A DNA stretch of 44,412 bases from a virus (Duplodnaviria; Caudoviricetes). The notes below the pieces were generated by a model, which ran no database searches, was not told the origin of the DNA, and was given only the letters and a program-made list of their open reading frames with translations. The first letter of the stretch is position 1. Each line of letters begins with the position of its first letter. The position numbers and the translations under genes were made by a program. Where the stretch lies: the IMG/VR virus record IMGVR_UViG_3300037483_000321, positions 1 through 44,412 of that record; one strand, written 5' to 3'. Below are positions 15,913 through 25,927 of this stretch, piece by piece.

Positions 15913-17642
15913 TGGCGAAGGAAACCAGCGCCGTCCTCGCCTACTGGCAGGGTCAGATGCGCTTCGCCGACGAAGCCTGGGAAGAGGCGGGCTGGAAGGC
16001 GTCGGCGAAGATCAGTAAGCCCGGCTCGGCGGAGCTCGCGACGCAGTATCTCTCGGCGTACCGCGGCCAGCAGTGGGGAGCCGACGGCTGGATGGGGATG
16101 GGGCCTGAGTCGTGCGCGGTGACCCCCCTCTTCTTTGCGAGCGCCAACACGTTCGTGGCCGGACTGATCGCCCGCTCGCCTGAGATCAGCGTGCTGCCGC
16201 GCAGGCCGGGGACTGCCGACGCGGCGCGGAAGATTCAGGCAGTCCTCAACTACGACGTCTACGAGCTGAAGATGAAGCGGCAGTGGCGGCGGACCGTCTT
16301 CGATGCCTTCTTCTGTCCGTTCGGCATCACGCGCCACGGCTATACGCCAAGCCAGGAGTTCGAGACCGAGAAGGACGCGGACCTACTCGAGTGGTACGCC
16401 GGCGCACGGCCCGATAAGCCGTGGATTCGGCGCTGGACGCTCTGGGACACGAGGATCGACGCGAGCGCCGAGACGCCCGATAGCGACGGCGACGCGCGCT
16501 GGTGCGGCTTCCGGACGCTGATGACGAAAGATCAGATCGCGAAGAATCCGAAGATGAAGCTCCCGCGCGGAATGCAGGCGACCGTGAAGCTCACGGTCCC
16601 GAGCCCGAAGGGGCCGCGACACGCCGAGAAGAAGAGCGCGTCGCCGGACGAGTATTTCGAGGTCTGGTCGATCTACGATAAGACCGATAAGAGCTGGCTC
16701 CAGATCGACGGCAACTACGAGTACGTGCTGCGGCGGGAAGACGCCTGGCCGATCCCGTGGGAGGATCTGCCGTACGACGCGCTCTACTTCAATCCGCAGG
16801 CCGATACGCTGTTCCCGATCCCGTACGCGGCGTCGATCTTTCCGACGGTCGTCATGCGCAACAAGCTGCGGACGATCAACGAGGAGCTGATTAAGCGCCT
16901 TCGCCGCGTGATCCCATACAGCGAGACGCTGCTCGGGGAAGGCTCAAAGGACAAGCTCGAAGGACTGAATCTGGTCGAGTTCATCGGCTTCAAGGGCGAG
17001 ATCAACAACGCGATCGGGAACATTCAGCTCGGCGGCTTCGATCAGAGCCTCATGCTCTACGACCAGATGCTCGTGCAGGACGTGCGCGAGGCGCTCGGGC
17101 AGTCGTCGATGGACCGTGCGCAGCGCATCAACGTCGAGTCCGCGACCGAGGCCGCTGGCGTCGCGCAGGGCTCGGCGAAGGCCGAGGGCCGGAACATCGA
17201 CTCGCTCGAGGACTACCTCGATTCGAGCGTCCGGCACTACGCGATCGCGCGGCGCGCCACCATGAAGAGCGACGAGACGGTGGCCCTCCTCGGCCCCGAG
17301 GACGCGCGCATCCTGATTACCGACATCAAGCAGGAGTACCTCACGGTAACGACCAAGGACATGAAGGCCGAGGTCGATTTCATCATCAAGCAGGGCTCGA
17401 CGCTGCCCGACTCGAAGCAGCGCCGCGTGGCCGATGCGCTCGCCGATATTCAGGTCGCAAGTCAGTTCCCGCAGCTCCATAACATTCAGGAGATTCTGGC
17501 CGCCTATCACCGCGCTCGCGGCAATAACCCGGCGAAGGTGATGCTCAACGACCAGCAGATCGCAGCGACCGCTGGGCAGGGGATGCCCGATGAGCCGGTC
17601 GATAGCTCGCAGCTGATCGGCCAAGTGACGGGGCTGCAATGA
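15912..17642 (+). CDS. portal protein (podovirus-type)
   Basis: 576 aa after terL; SATEA motif (ESATEAAGV) and D-F-x-I-x-x-GST typical of P22-like portals. Confidence 0.85.
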   Translation: MAKETSAVLAYWQGQMRFADEAWEEAGWKASAKISKPGSAELATQYLSAYRGQQWGADGWMGMGPESCAVTPLFFASANTFVAGLIARSPEISVLPRRPGTADAARKIQAVLNYDVYELKMKRQWRRTVFDAFFCPFGITRHGYTPSQEFETEKDADLLEWYAGARPDKPWIRRWTLWDTRIDASAETPDSDGDARWCGFRTLMTKDQIAKNPKMKLPRGMQATVKLTVPSPKGPRHAEKKSASPDEYFEVWSIYDKTDKSWLQIDGNYEYVLRREDAWPIPWEDLPYDALYFNPQADTLFPIPYAASIFPTVVMRNKLRTINEELIKRLRRVIPYSETLLGEGSKDKLEGLNLVEFIGFKGEINNAIGNIQLGGFDQSLMLYDQMLVQDVREALGQSSMDRAQRINVESATEAAGVAQGSAKAEGRNIDSLEDYLDSSVRHYAIARRATMKSDETVALLGPEDARILITDIKQEYLTVTTKDMKAEVDFIIKQGSTLPDSKQRRVADALADIQVASQFPQLHNIQEILAAYHRARGNNPAKVMLNDQQIAATAGQGMPDEPVDSSQLIGQVTGLQ

Positions 17643-18010
17643 TACGCCACGACCTCGCCTGCCCGGGCTGCGACTACGAGGCGCGCGATCAGCTCGTGCG
17701 CTTTGCCGAGTACGGCGATTGCCCGCGCTGCGGAACGGCGCTCCGCTGGGTTCCAACGACGCCGCCCGCAACCGACGTGTGCGGATCCGTGCAGACGAGC
17801 AACGTGCTCACCGACGCCGCGGGGAACGACCTCACCTGGTCTTCCTCTCGCGAGCGCGATGCGAAAATGCTACGAGACTTCGGAGTACGCCCCGTGGGGG
17901 ACACAGTAAGAGGTGCTAGAACCCCTTACGATCCCCTCGGGAAGCACAGTTTCCACTTCGGTTCCGGCACCGGCCGCAATCGGAAAAGCAGCAGGGAGAA
18001 ACGAGCATGA
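17639..18010 (+). CDS. FmdB-like zinc-ribbon protein
   Basis: HDLACPGC...CPRCG between portal and scaffold. Confidence 0.7.
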   Translation: MIRHDLACPGCDYEARDQLVRFAEYGDCPRCGTALRWVPTTPPATDVCGSVQTSNVLTDAAGNDLTWSSSRERDAKMLRDFGVRPVGDTVRGARTPYDPLGKHSFHFGSGTGRNRKSSREKRA

Positions 18011-18891
18011 GCGCAACGATGCCGAACTACGATCCGAGTTCGGACGCACCGGACGCTACCGATGCCACGGCATCGCTACCGACGGAAGCGACACCCACGG
18101 AGAGCGCGAGAACGGGTCAAGGTGATCCGGCCGCGCGAGCGAAGATTGCCGAAGAGAAGTTCCAAGCCCGCTACGACACGGTGCGAAGAGAAGGGGGCCG
18201 TCTCCTCTCCTCGCCCTACTGGAAGAGCCTTGGCGGTGACGGGATTCAGCGTGCCCTCGAGCAGTTCGAGGCCATGCTGGAAGACCCCTCTACCGCGAAG
18301 AGCGTGAAAGAAGGACTGGTCCAGAACGCAGAAGGCCGCTGGGTCTATAAGCCCACCAGCCAGGCGCAAGCGACCGCAGCCGCGGTCGATGGCGATGCGT
18401 TCGATGACCCGGTGCTGAAGCAGTTCGAGTCTCGTCTCGATGAGCGGCTCGGTCCCCTTATCGAGAAGATCAACGCGCTAGCGCCGCAGCTGAACACGCT
18501 CTCGACCGCCAATGCCACCAGCCAAGTCGAGCAGATGACGCGCCGCTTCCTCGCCGAGTATCCGATGTCGCCAGAAGAGCGCGCGGAGTTCTCGGAGTCG
18601 ATCGGCCCGACCATCGAGGGCATGAACCCGCAGATGGTCCTGAAGATGAACTACGACCAGTTCGAGGACCATGTTGGGCTCCCGAAGATCAAGAAGTTCC
18701 TGCCGGCCATCCTCGCGCGCAAAGCAAGAACGAAGGTCAGCCAGCTCGCCGATCTCGCCACCGATGGCGTCGGCGCTGGCAGCCAAGGGGCCGATACTGC
18801 GCCCGCCGGGAAGCAGCCTGTGATGTCGATGCAGCAGCTCAAGAAGAGTCTCGCTGCCGCGGCCGAAAAGGCGTCCCGGGAGCCGCAGTAG
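18007..18891 (+). CDS. capsid scaffolding protein
   Basis: Acidic disordered N-terminus, helical body, directly upstream of the major capsid gene. Confidence 0.7.
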   Translation: MSATMPNYDPSSDAPDATDATASLPTEATPTESARTGQGDPAARAKIAEEKFQARYDTVRREGGRLLSSPYWKSLGGDGIQRALEQFEAMLEDPSTAKSVKEGLVQNAEGRWVYKPTSQAQATAAAVDGDAFDDPVLKQFESRLDERLGPLIEKINALAPQLNTLSTANATSQVEQMTRRFLAEYPMSPEERAEFSESIGPTIEGMNPQMVLKMNYDQFEDHVGLPKIKKFLPAILARKARTKVSQLADLATDGVGAGSQGADTAPAGKQPVMSMQQLKKSLAAAAEKASREPQ

Positions 18892-18911
18892 GGCCAAAAG
18901 GATGAACCATC

Positions 18912-19937
18912 ATGGCCGCTTCTCAGACGCTCTCTCGGACGATTGACCGGGAGCTGTTCAACACCGATGAGGCCCGCATCGCGGGGGTCAAGAATCTCGC
19001 CTTCCAGTCGAGCGTCGTCGCTGCAATTGCACTCGGCGAGAACCCCGACGACATGGCCGGTCAGCGCGTGATGGCCGGTCAGGCCAAGCGCTCGCAGGAC
19101 GGCGGGCAGAAGATCCAGGTCGATCACATCGTCGAGCAGAACTCGACCGTCGGCGCGATGGCCTCGGGCTGGAGCACCTACGACACCACGCCGCAGGACT
19201 TCGGCCGCCGAAGCGAAGCGAACTGGAAGCACTACTCCGGGACGCGGACGATCAGCCTCTTCGACACGCTCATCAACAAGGGTCCGGCAAAGCGCTCGGA
19301 CCTCATCACGAACGAGACCACGGTCGTCATGAACACGATGGTGGAGGTCGTGGCGCGCGACTTCATCGCGGGCTCGGCCGCTGCCGAGATGACCGGCATG
19401 GACTCGATCGTCTCGGCGAACGATACGGTGCAGGGCTTCTCGGGCGCGACCTACGCCAACTGGAACTCGCGCGGCGTCACCGCTCGTGGAACGGTTGCGG
19501 CCTCGGTCACGTTCGCCTCGGGCAGCTTCGCAGCGCAGGGCATCGCCGACATGCGGACGGCGTACACGAACTGCACCGAGGGTGCGCGGGTCGCGAACGT
19601 CATCGTCACCACCTACGACATCTACAACTTCTACGAGGGTCAGCTCGTCGCGCAGCAGCGCTACGGGGCGGACGACAAGGTGGGAAACGCCTCGTTCAAC
19701 GCGCTCCAGTTCCGGCAGGCGCGCATGTACGGCGATCCGTTCGTGACCAGCGGCGTCATGCACTTCTGGAACACGAACGTGCTCTACGTCGTGGTCCTCG
19801 AAGGCGCGGACTTCGCGTTCCAACCTTGGAAGGACGCGACCAACCAGGAGTCGAAGTCGAGCGAGCTCGTGTTCAAGGGCCAGACGATCTGCGAGGACCG
19901 CCGGCTCGTGAACAAGCTGACGGCGATCACGGCCTGA
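18912..19937 (+). CDS. major capsid protein (HK97 fold)
   Basis: 341 aa; GGQKIQV, ANWKHY, GMDSIV, YNFYEGQL...QRY, GNASFNALQF resemble podovirus capsid motifs; follows scaffold. Confidence 0.88.
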   Translation: MAASQTLSRTIDRELFNTDEARIAGVKNLAFQSSVVAAIALGENPDDMAGQRVMAGQAKRSQDGGQKIQVDHIVEQNSTVGAMASGWSTYDTTPQDFGRRSEANWKHYSGTRTISLFDTLINKGPAKRSDLITNETTVVMNTMVEVVARDFIAGSAAAEMTGMDSIVSANDTVQGFSGATYANWNSRGVTARGTVAASVTFASGSFAAQGIADMRTAYTNCTEGARVANVIVTTYDIYNFYEGQLVAQQRYGADDKVGNASFNALQFRQARMYGDPFVTSGVMHFWNTNVLYVVVLEGADFAFQPWKDATNQESKSSELVFKGQTICEDRRLVNKLTAITA

Positions 19938-20013
19938 TCCGTAACACTGTCCCGCTGATTAGCAGCGGTGCAAACCAGGCTTCGCAGTTAGCTGCGCGGC
20001 CGAAAGGGACAAC

Positions 20014-20775
20014 ATGGCGAATCCGCTCTTGCCCGGCGGCGGGGTGTCCCCGCAGTCGATCTACACGACCACGACCAACAAGCAGCATGCGGTCGGAACG
20101 CGCGGGATGCTCAGTGACCGCGTTTTCTACTACTCGAGCATGAGCAACTCGACTGGGGTTGTGGCGAACAACCTCTGTCAGGCGGCGATCCCGATTGCGA
20201 ACCACGTTACGCAGACAGGTACGCTTTCGTTCGTCGCGGGTCGCTCTTCGCTGACCGCAGTGCTCGGCGCAACGGCAGCGATCCAGGACGAGTACGAGGA
20301 GGGATATCTCTACATCCAGTCCTCGACGCTCGGCCTCGGCCAGATGCGCAAGATCAAGGGTGGACACCCCGCGATCGCATCGGCCGGCACGCTCTCGGTC
20401 GATCTCTACGACCCGGTGGCAATCACGCCAACGGGTACGGTGACGTGGACGCTGATTCACAATCCCTGGAGCAACGTCATTATCACGCCCGTAACGACCA
20501 TCACGGCCCTCTGCGTGGGCGTTGCGCCGGTCGTGATTCCGGCGGCGGCGGCAACGACTGCTCCCGTCTACTTCTGGGCGCAGACCTGGGGTGTGGCGTC
20601 GATCCTCGGCGACACGTCGGATACGGTCGTCGATTCGTCGCTCATCCCGTCTGCGGTCGTCGGCTCAGTCGGCGTCGCGGTCGAGACGGACATCAAGCAG
20701 CGCATCGGTATCTCGATGGGAACTCTCGCCACCAACACCGTCTACCAGTCGGTATATCTCACGATCGCCCCCTAA
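20014..20775 (+). CDS. capsid decoration/cement protein
   Basis: Follows the capsid gene; HAVGTRG..DRVFYY start and YFWAQTWG motif. Confidence 0.65.
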   Translation: MANPLLPGGGVSPQSIYTTTTNKQHAVGTRGMLSDRVFYYSSMSNSTGVVANNLCQAAIPIANHVTQTGTLSFVAGRSSLTAVLGATAAIQDEYEEGYLYIQSSTLGLGQMRKIKGGHPAIASAGTLSVDLYDPVAITPTGTVTWTLIHNPWSNVIITPVTTITALCVGVAPVVIPAAAATTAPVYFWAQTWGVASILGDTSDTVVDSSLIPSAVVGSVGVAVETDIKQRIGISMGTLATNTVYQSVYLTIAP

Positions 20776-20777
20776 CC

Positions 20778-20820
20778 GAGAACGGGGCCGGGTGGCGAGT
20801 GCTGCCCTGCTCCGGCTCTC
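20778..20820 (+). other. long intergenic hairpin after the decoration gene
   Basis: GAGA..CGGGGC.GGGTGGC-GAGT-GCTGCCC.GCTCCG..TCTC; no U-tract. Confidence 0.5.
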
Positions 20821-20838
20821 ATCTCTCTGAGGCCCTTC

Positions 20839-21645
20839 ATGGCAGCCGCTCTGATTCCCGATCTGCAAGGAACGGGGCTCGATACCGGACCGCAGCCCGT
20901 CTGGATCAAGACCAGCGCCAAGGTGAGCGTGCTGGTCCATCCGAGCTACCTGATGCGCGCGCACACCAAAGAGGATCTCACGGCGGTGGTGACGCAGTTC
21001 GGCGTGCCGATCGTGCAGTCGGGCGAGACGCTCACCGTCGGCCTCGTTCCGCCGTGGCACCGGTTCGCCGTCGGCCCGGTGATCGACGGCAAGGCCGAGA
21101 TCCTCTCGCAGGACGATTTCGTGCGAGAGGACGAACGCAACTACGTCGATACGTTCCGCTTCAAGGGCGAGCGCATCGACGACAAGGACAAGCGATACAT
21201 CCCGAACGTGCGCGCGTTCGTCTCGCAGAAGATCGACACGCGCGCGAGCGGCGGCTACCCGCGCCTCTGCCCGCTCGGGACGCACATGCTCGCCGAGAAG
21301 CCGAAGGCTGGCGCAGTGGTCTACGACCCGGCGAAAGACACGGTAACGCCGCGCCAGGTCGATGAGGTGCGCCAGGCGTTCGCAGCCGAGAACGCCGAGA
21401 AGGACCGACGCCTTGCCGAGCTGGAGGCGAAGGTGAACGAGCTGGTGGGTCGCAAGGTCGATCCAGCCGCAGCCAATGCCGGAACGCTGACTGATGTAAG
21501 GACAGTGTTCGACAACTTCAAGACGGTGCGCGACAAGCCCGCGAAGCCGCAGGCCACGTCGAAGTGCGGCGCGTGGACGGGTGACGCAACGCGTCTCAAC
21601 TCGCACGTTCGCTTCTGCAAGAAGGGCTGCAAGCCGGAGGTATAG
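20839..21645 (+). CDS. hypothetical protein (coiled coil plus C-terminal C/H Zn-finger-like motif)
   Basis: RRLAELEAKVNEL; CGAW...SHVRFCKKGC. Confidence 0.7.
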   Translation: MAAALIPDLQGTGLDTGPQPVWIKTSAKVSVLVHPSYLMRAHTKEDLTAVVTQFGVPIVQSGETLTVGLVPPWHRFAVGPVIDGKAEILSQDDFVREDERNYVDTFRFKGERIDDKDKRYIPNVRAFVSQKIDTRASGGYPRLCPLGTHMLAEKPKAGAVVYDPAKDTVTPRQVDEVRQAFAAENAEKDRRLAELEAKVNELVGRKVDPAAANAGTLTDVRTVFDNFKTVRDKPAKPQATSKCGAWTGDATRLNSHVRFCKKGCKPEV

Positions 21646-21647
21646 TC

Positions 21648-21851
21648 ATGGCGCTGTTCACGAAGAAAGAGCAGAGCTGCGCGAGTTGCTCGGCGTTCTA
21701 CTACATGGCGCTGGTCGGCGAGCAGCACGTGGGGCGTGGCATCTGCCAGCTCTACCCGACGCCGCAGCCGCAGAAGGCGACGACCGACTGGTGCCGTCAG
21801 TGGCAGGAAGAGAAGACGCCTGAGCCGGAGATCAAAGAGGACGCGGCATAG
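21648..21851 (+). CDS. small 4-Cys metal-binding protein
   Basis: CASCSAFY...GICQLYP...DWCRQW; GGAGG Shine-Dalgarno. Confidence 0.7.
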   Translation: MALFTKKEQSCASCSAFYYMALVGEQHVGRGICQLYPTPQPQKATTDWCRQWQEEKTPEPEIKEDAA

Positions 21852-22850
21852 ATGCCGACCACGACCGCACTCGTCGCGGTGAACCGCGTTCAGCGGCGTG
21901 GCCGTATCGCAACGACCGCGACCGTCACCGACGGGTCCGCTCCGACGCTGCTTGACTTCGTGAACGAGGCGGCCCGCGAGGTATTCGAGACTGCCGAGTG
22001 GGAGTTTCTGACGCGCCACGACGGCGAGCTGGCTGTGGTCCCGCGGACGGCCTACACCGGCACATTCACCGCGACACTCAACTCGACCACCGTCAGCAAC
22101 ATCGCGCAGAACGCCTACGCCACCTATTACGGCGCGTTCCGCTCGCGGCTCGTGCTGACGGAGCACGCGACGCATGGCGGCACGTCGTTCGCCATCGCGA
22201 CCGCGACGCACCCAGCCGCCGATGACGTCTACACGCTAGAGACGGCGTTCCCCGGCGCGACGACGAGCGGCCTAAACGGCTTCGTCTACGTCGTGGACTA
22301 TCAGCTTCCCGCGACCGTGCGAGACATCCTCTCGGTTCGGCACGAAGAGAACGAGCTGAAGCTCGAGTTCGTGGACAAGACGTTCACGTTCGACAGCATG
22401 GAGCCCGCGGCGCACCTCGTGACCGATAACCAGCCGCAGATCATCTACGTGGGCGGATCTGTGAAGGCGACGGTTACGAGCGGCACAGCGACTACCGCGC
22501 TTGGCATCATGGTCTGGCCCGTGGCGACCGAGAAGTACGTGCTCTCGTACAGCTACCGCTACCTGCACCCCGAGCTTTCGGCTGCGGCCGACGTGCTCGA
22601 CGCGCCGAGCGTGATCGTTGATCTCATCGTCGATAAGGCGACCGCGAAGGCGTACCGCTCGGCCGTCTTCAACGATCCCGAGATGGCGCAGCAGATCGAG
22701 CTAGACGTGGCGCGCCGCTTCCAGCGCCTGCTCGGCGCGAACAATCCCGCACCGCAACGCCGCATGATCCTTCGCTCGCATGACCAAGCGACCGGAGCGT
22801 CACAGTTCGGCTCACGCCCACGAGATCCGCGTACGTTCTATACGCCGTAG
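21852..22850 (+). CDS. head-tail adaptor (tail tubular protein A-like)
   Basis: LVAVNRV...LLDFVNEAAREV...WEFL, YQLPA, VWPVA motifs; position. Confidence 0.75.
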   Translation: MPTTTALVAVNRVQRRGRIATTATVTDGSAPTLLDFVNEAAREVFETAEWEFLTRHDGELAVVPRTAYTGTFTATLNSTTVSNIAQNAYATYYGAFRSRLVLTEHATHGGTSFAIATATHPAADDVYTLETAFPGATTSGLNGFVYVVDYQLPATVRDILSVRHEENELKLEFVDKTFTFDSMEPAAHLVTDNQPQIIYVGGSVKATVTSGTATTALGIMVWPVATEKYVLSYSYRYLHPELSAAADVLDAPSVIVDLIVDKATAKAYRSAVFNDPEMAQQIELDVARRFQRLLGANNPAPQRRMILRSHDQATGASQFGSRPRDPRTFYTP

Positions 22851-22859
22851 GGCGTTCGT

Positions 22860-24266
22860 ATGACCGAACCTCTCTACCTCATGATTAACGAGCGCAAGCG
22901 TACGCGCGTGCTCGATCGCACGATCAATCGTGCTGGGGACATCAGGGACTTTGGCGCAGCCGATGGTGGAGATGTCACCGCGGCGATCAATGCTGCGAAA
23001 GCGGTGCATCGCGAGATCGTGATCCCACAGAATTTCCACGGCTACCTGTCGAGCGGAATCACGTTCACAGAGCCGGGAACGCGCATCGTCGGCTACGGGC
23101 ACGAGAGCATCCTAGAAGCCACAACCGACGGCTTCAATCTCTTCACCGTGCAGGACAACTACTGCGAATTTCGCGATCTATCGCTCTACGGTGCCGCAAA
23201 TGACGATGCGACTACACAGTTCGGCATCTTTACCGCGGCAGCCAATCCGGCCGTTGGCCTCAAGGTTTTCGACGTCTACTTCGGCGGGGCATCTGCGAGC
23301 TCGCGTCTCAACAGCGGCATCAAGTTCGACACAGACTCGCATAATGGTTGGGTAGAGCGCTGCGTATTCGACGAGATGCAGGGCGACATCAGCGGGACGG
23401 GCTACGGCGTTCTCGCGGGGTCCGTGCTCACGCTGCACGTCTCGCGGAGCCGGTTCTACGCCGCCTCCGGTCGTGGCCGGCACGCGGTCTATCTCTCTGC
23501 CGGTGCCTCGTGGTGCCAGGTCGTCCATAACTACTCGCTCGATATGGGCGAGGAGCATTTCACGATCAACGCCAACGACACGCAGCCAGCCTGCGAGCAC
23601 AACCTCATCGCGTTCAACGATTGCCGAGGCGGCGTGCCGGATGCTTCGACTGGAGCGATTTCGGTCTGGGGAAACGCCAATCGCAACGCCGTCCGAGGCA
23701 ACCATATCAATGCGCCTGGAGAAAAAGGAATCGTGGTGCAGGTCCGAGACGGAAACTCGACCGACTGCGACAGCCTCGACAACGTCGTTGAAGACAACCA
23801 GGTCATCGACGCCGACACGATCGGCATCGACATCATGGGTGCCACGCGCACGAAGGTGCAAGGAAATCTCGTTCATGGCGCATCGACTGCATCGTCTGGC
23901 ACTTCGGCAGCGATTCGGATTGTATCGGCAGCCGCCGCCGCAGCAGGCCAGGCCGCAACGAATACGAGCGTCATCGCCAACATCGTTTCCGGTTCTACAC
24001 ACCACAGCGCACTCCAGCTCAACACGACGACGAACATTCCGACTGGAACGTATGCGCGTGGGAATCGGTTCGCGGCTGGCGGGACGGCGACGGTCTCGCT
24101 TGGAACTGCGATCCTTGACATCGACATCCTCGGCACGTTCTCCGATGGAACGCGGCCGTCCGCAGCGCTGCTCGTGGCTGGAAGCGCGATCTGGAACACC
24201 ACAGACAACGCGCCGAACTATTCGGATGCAACGGATTGGCGAGATGCGGCTGGGGTGGTCACATGA
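22860..24266 (+). CDS. tailspike with right-handed beta-helix (pectate lyase-like)
   Basis: DIRDFGAADGGDVTAAINAA start, repeated N/G/I parallel beta-helix repeats; no signal peptide. Confidence 0.85.
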   Translation: MTEPLYLMINERKRTRVLDRTINRAGDIRDFGAADGGDVTAAINAAKAVHREIVIPQNFHGYLSSGITFTEPGTRIVGYGHESILEATTDGFNLFTVQDNYCEFRDLSLYGAANDDATTQFGIFTAAANPAVGLKVFDVYFGGASASSRLNSGIKFDTDSHNGWVERCVFDEMQGDISGTGYGVLAGSVLTLHVSRSRFYAASGRGRHAVYLSAGASWCQVVHNYSLDMGEEHFTINANDTQPACEHNLIAFNDCRGGVPDASTGAISVWGNANRNAVRGNHINAPGEKGIVVQVRDGNSTDCDSLDNVVEDNQVIDADTIGIDIMGATRTKVQGNLVHGASTASSGTSAAIRIVSAAAAAAGQAATNTSVIANIVSGSTHHSALQLNTTTNIPTGTYARGNRFAAGGTATVSLGTAILDIDILGTFSDGTRPSAALLVAGSAIWNTTDNAPNYSDATDWRDAAGVVT

Positions 24267-25927
24267 GCCGCTACCAACCCATCTCTCTGACTCTCGGCGG
24301 CCTCAACGAGGACGAGAACCCGACTGCGCTAGCGGCGGGCGATCTTCAGATCGCGCGGAACTCGTGGATGCGTGGTCGCTCGCACGGTACGCGCCCAGGC
24401 TTCCAGCGCGATTCGGTCTCGTACCCGAGTGCTTCGGGTCTCGGCGACGCCATCAACGGCATCGTGGATTATCGGTTTGCGAACGACGCGAGCCAGTTCA
24501 TCGTGACCGTTGCGAACGCCGACATCTTCTCAGCCGATGCGACCAGCATCAAGAACGCGGGCACAGCGGTTACCGCTGGCAGCAACCACCGCTGGACGTT
24601 CGCCACGCACAAAGGAATCCTCTACGGAGCGGGCGGCACCGGCACCAACAACTTCTGGTCGTGGCCTGGGTCTGGTACCACCTCCAACGTCTCGATGCTG
24701 AATCTCGCAGCCGCAGCCATCTACCCGACCTACGTATTCGAGAAGTGGAACTTCGGCTTCACGTGCGGATTCCGCGATGCTGCGGGTGCCGTGACTGGGA
24801 CCGAGCTGTCGAGCGGCCCCATGATCGTGCGCCACTCGGCCATCAACGACATGACGAGCTGGCCGACTGCGAACACCTTCGGCGGCACCAGCGCAGTCGG
24901 CGGTTTCTCTAGCTACGGCGATGAGTTCCTGACTGGCTTCGGCGAGTTCACGAACAACGCGGGCGACTGGCTGCTCGCGCTCAGCAACAAGCGGCTCTAC
25001 GCGATCGGGAACCTGGGCGAAGCCACCACGCCGTTCTACACGCCGCCGACTGGCGTGGTACAGAACGGCTGCGTGCATCAGAACGCCTTTGTGTCGCTCG
25101 GCCTCGACTCTGGCGATGCGATCTACCTCTCGCGCTTCGGCGTCCACAGCGTTCGTCTCAGCGAGCAGTTCGGTAATCGCGTCGAAACGTTCCTCAGCTG
25201 GAAGATTCGGCAGACCTTCGAGCAGCTGAATCAGGCTGCGCTTCACCGCAGCGTTGGCTGCTACGACCAGGAACGCGGAATCGTGCTGTTCGCGGTTCCG
25301 TTCGGGTCGGCGACGAACCCGGACCTGATCCTATGCCTCAACATCAAGAACAGCGCGCAGCTGAATGCGCAGACCGCCGAGTGGGACATCTGGTCGCTCT
25401 CGGGGTCGATGACGTCAGACCAGCGAACGATTACGGCAATGGCTCCTGTGCGAACGACGACGGGCCACTTCGCCTACGTTGGGAACGCCGAAGGCGACGT
25501 GTGCCGCTTCGACGATTCTTCGAGCGGGACGCACAGCGATCTAGGCTACGGCTACTCGGTCGTGATGCGAACCAAAGACGAGGACTACGGAGCGCCAGGT
25601 GTGATTAAGGGACTCGGCGATACCTATGTCACCGTGCAGCCATCTGGGAGCTGGAGCCCGACGATTACTCCGATCTTCGACTACGGGCGCACCACCGGGG
25701 AGACGCTTGGCCTAGAGATGGCAAGCACGGGCGGCGTGGTGGGCACGATGATCGTTGGCGTCGATACGGTTGGCGGATCGGAAGGCACGTTTACCGACAG
25801 CGTTTATACGGTCGGCGCGAGCGAGACGATTGGCTTTGAGTTCCGGCACGCGACCGCGAACCAGCCGTTCTACATCGCGAAGGTTGCGCCGTCGGTCCAG
25901 ACGCACGGAAAGAACCCTGGAGAGTAG
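24263..25927 (+). CDS. tail nozzle / DNA stabilization protein (beta-propeller, tail tubular B-like)
   Basis: GGLNEDENP...ARN...TRPG N-terminus; GCVHQNA, IYLSRFGV, SWKIRQTF motifs. Confidence 0.8.
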   Translation: MSRYQPISLTLGGLNEDENPTALAAGDLQIARNSWMRGRSHGTRPGFQRDSVSYPSASGLGDAINGIVDYRFANDASQFIVTVANADIFSADATSIKNAGTAVTAGSNHRWTFATHKGILYGAGGTGTNNFWSWPGSGTTSNVSMLNLAAAAIYPTYVFEKWNFGFTCGFRDAAGAVTGTELSSGPMIVRHSAINDMTSWPTANTFGGTSAVGGFSSYGDEFLTGFGEFTNNAGDWLLALSNKRLYAIGNLGEATTPFYTPPTGVVQNGCVHQNAFVSLGLDSGDAIYLSRFGVHSVRLSEQFGNRVETFLSWKIRQTFEQLNQAALHRSVGCYDQERGIVLFAVPFGSATNPDLILCLNIKNSAQLNAQTAEWDIWSLSGSMTSDQRTITAMAPVRTTTGHFAYVGNAEGDVCRFDDSSSGTHSDLGYGYSVVMRTKDEDYGAPGVIKGLGDTYVTVQPSGSWSPTITPIFDYGRTTGETLGLEMASTGGVVGTMIVGVDTVGGSEGTFTDSVYTVGASETIGFEFRHATANQPFYIAKVAPSVQTHGKNPGE

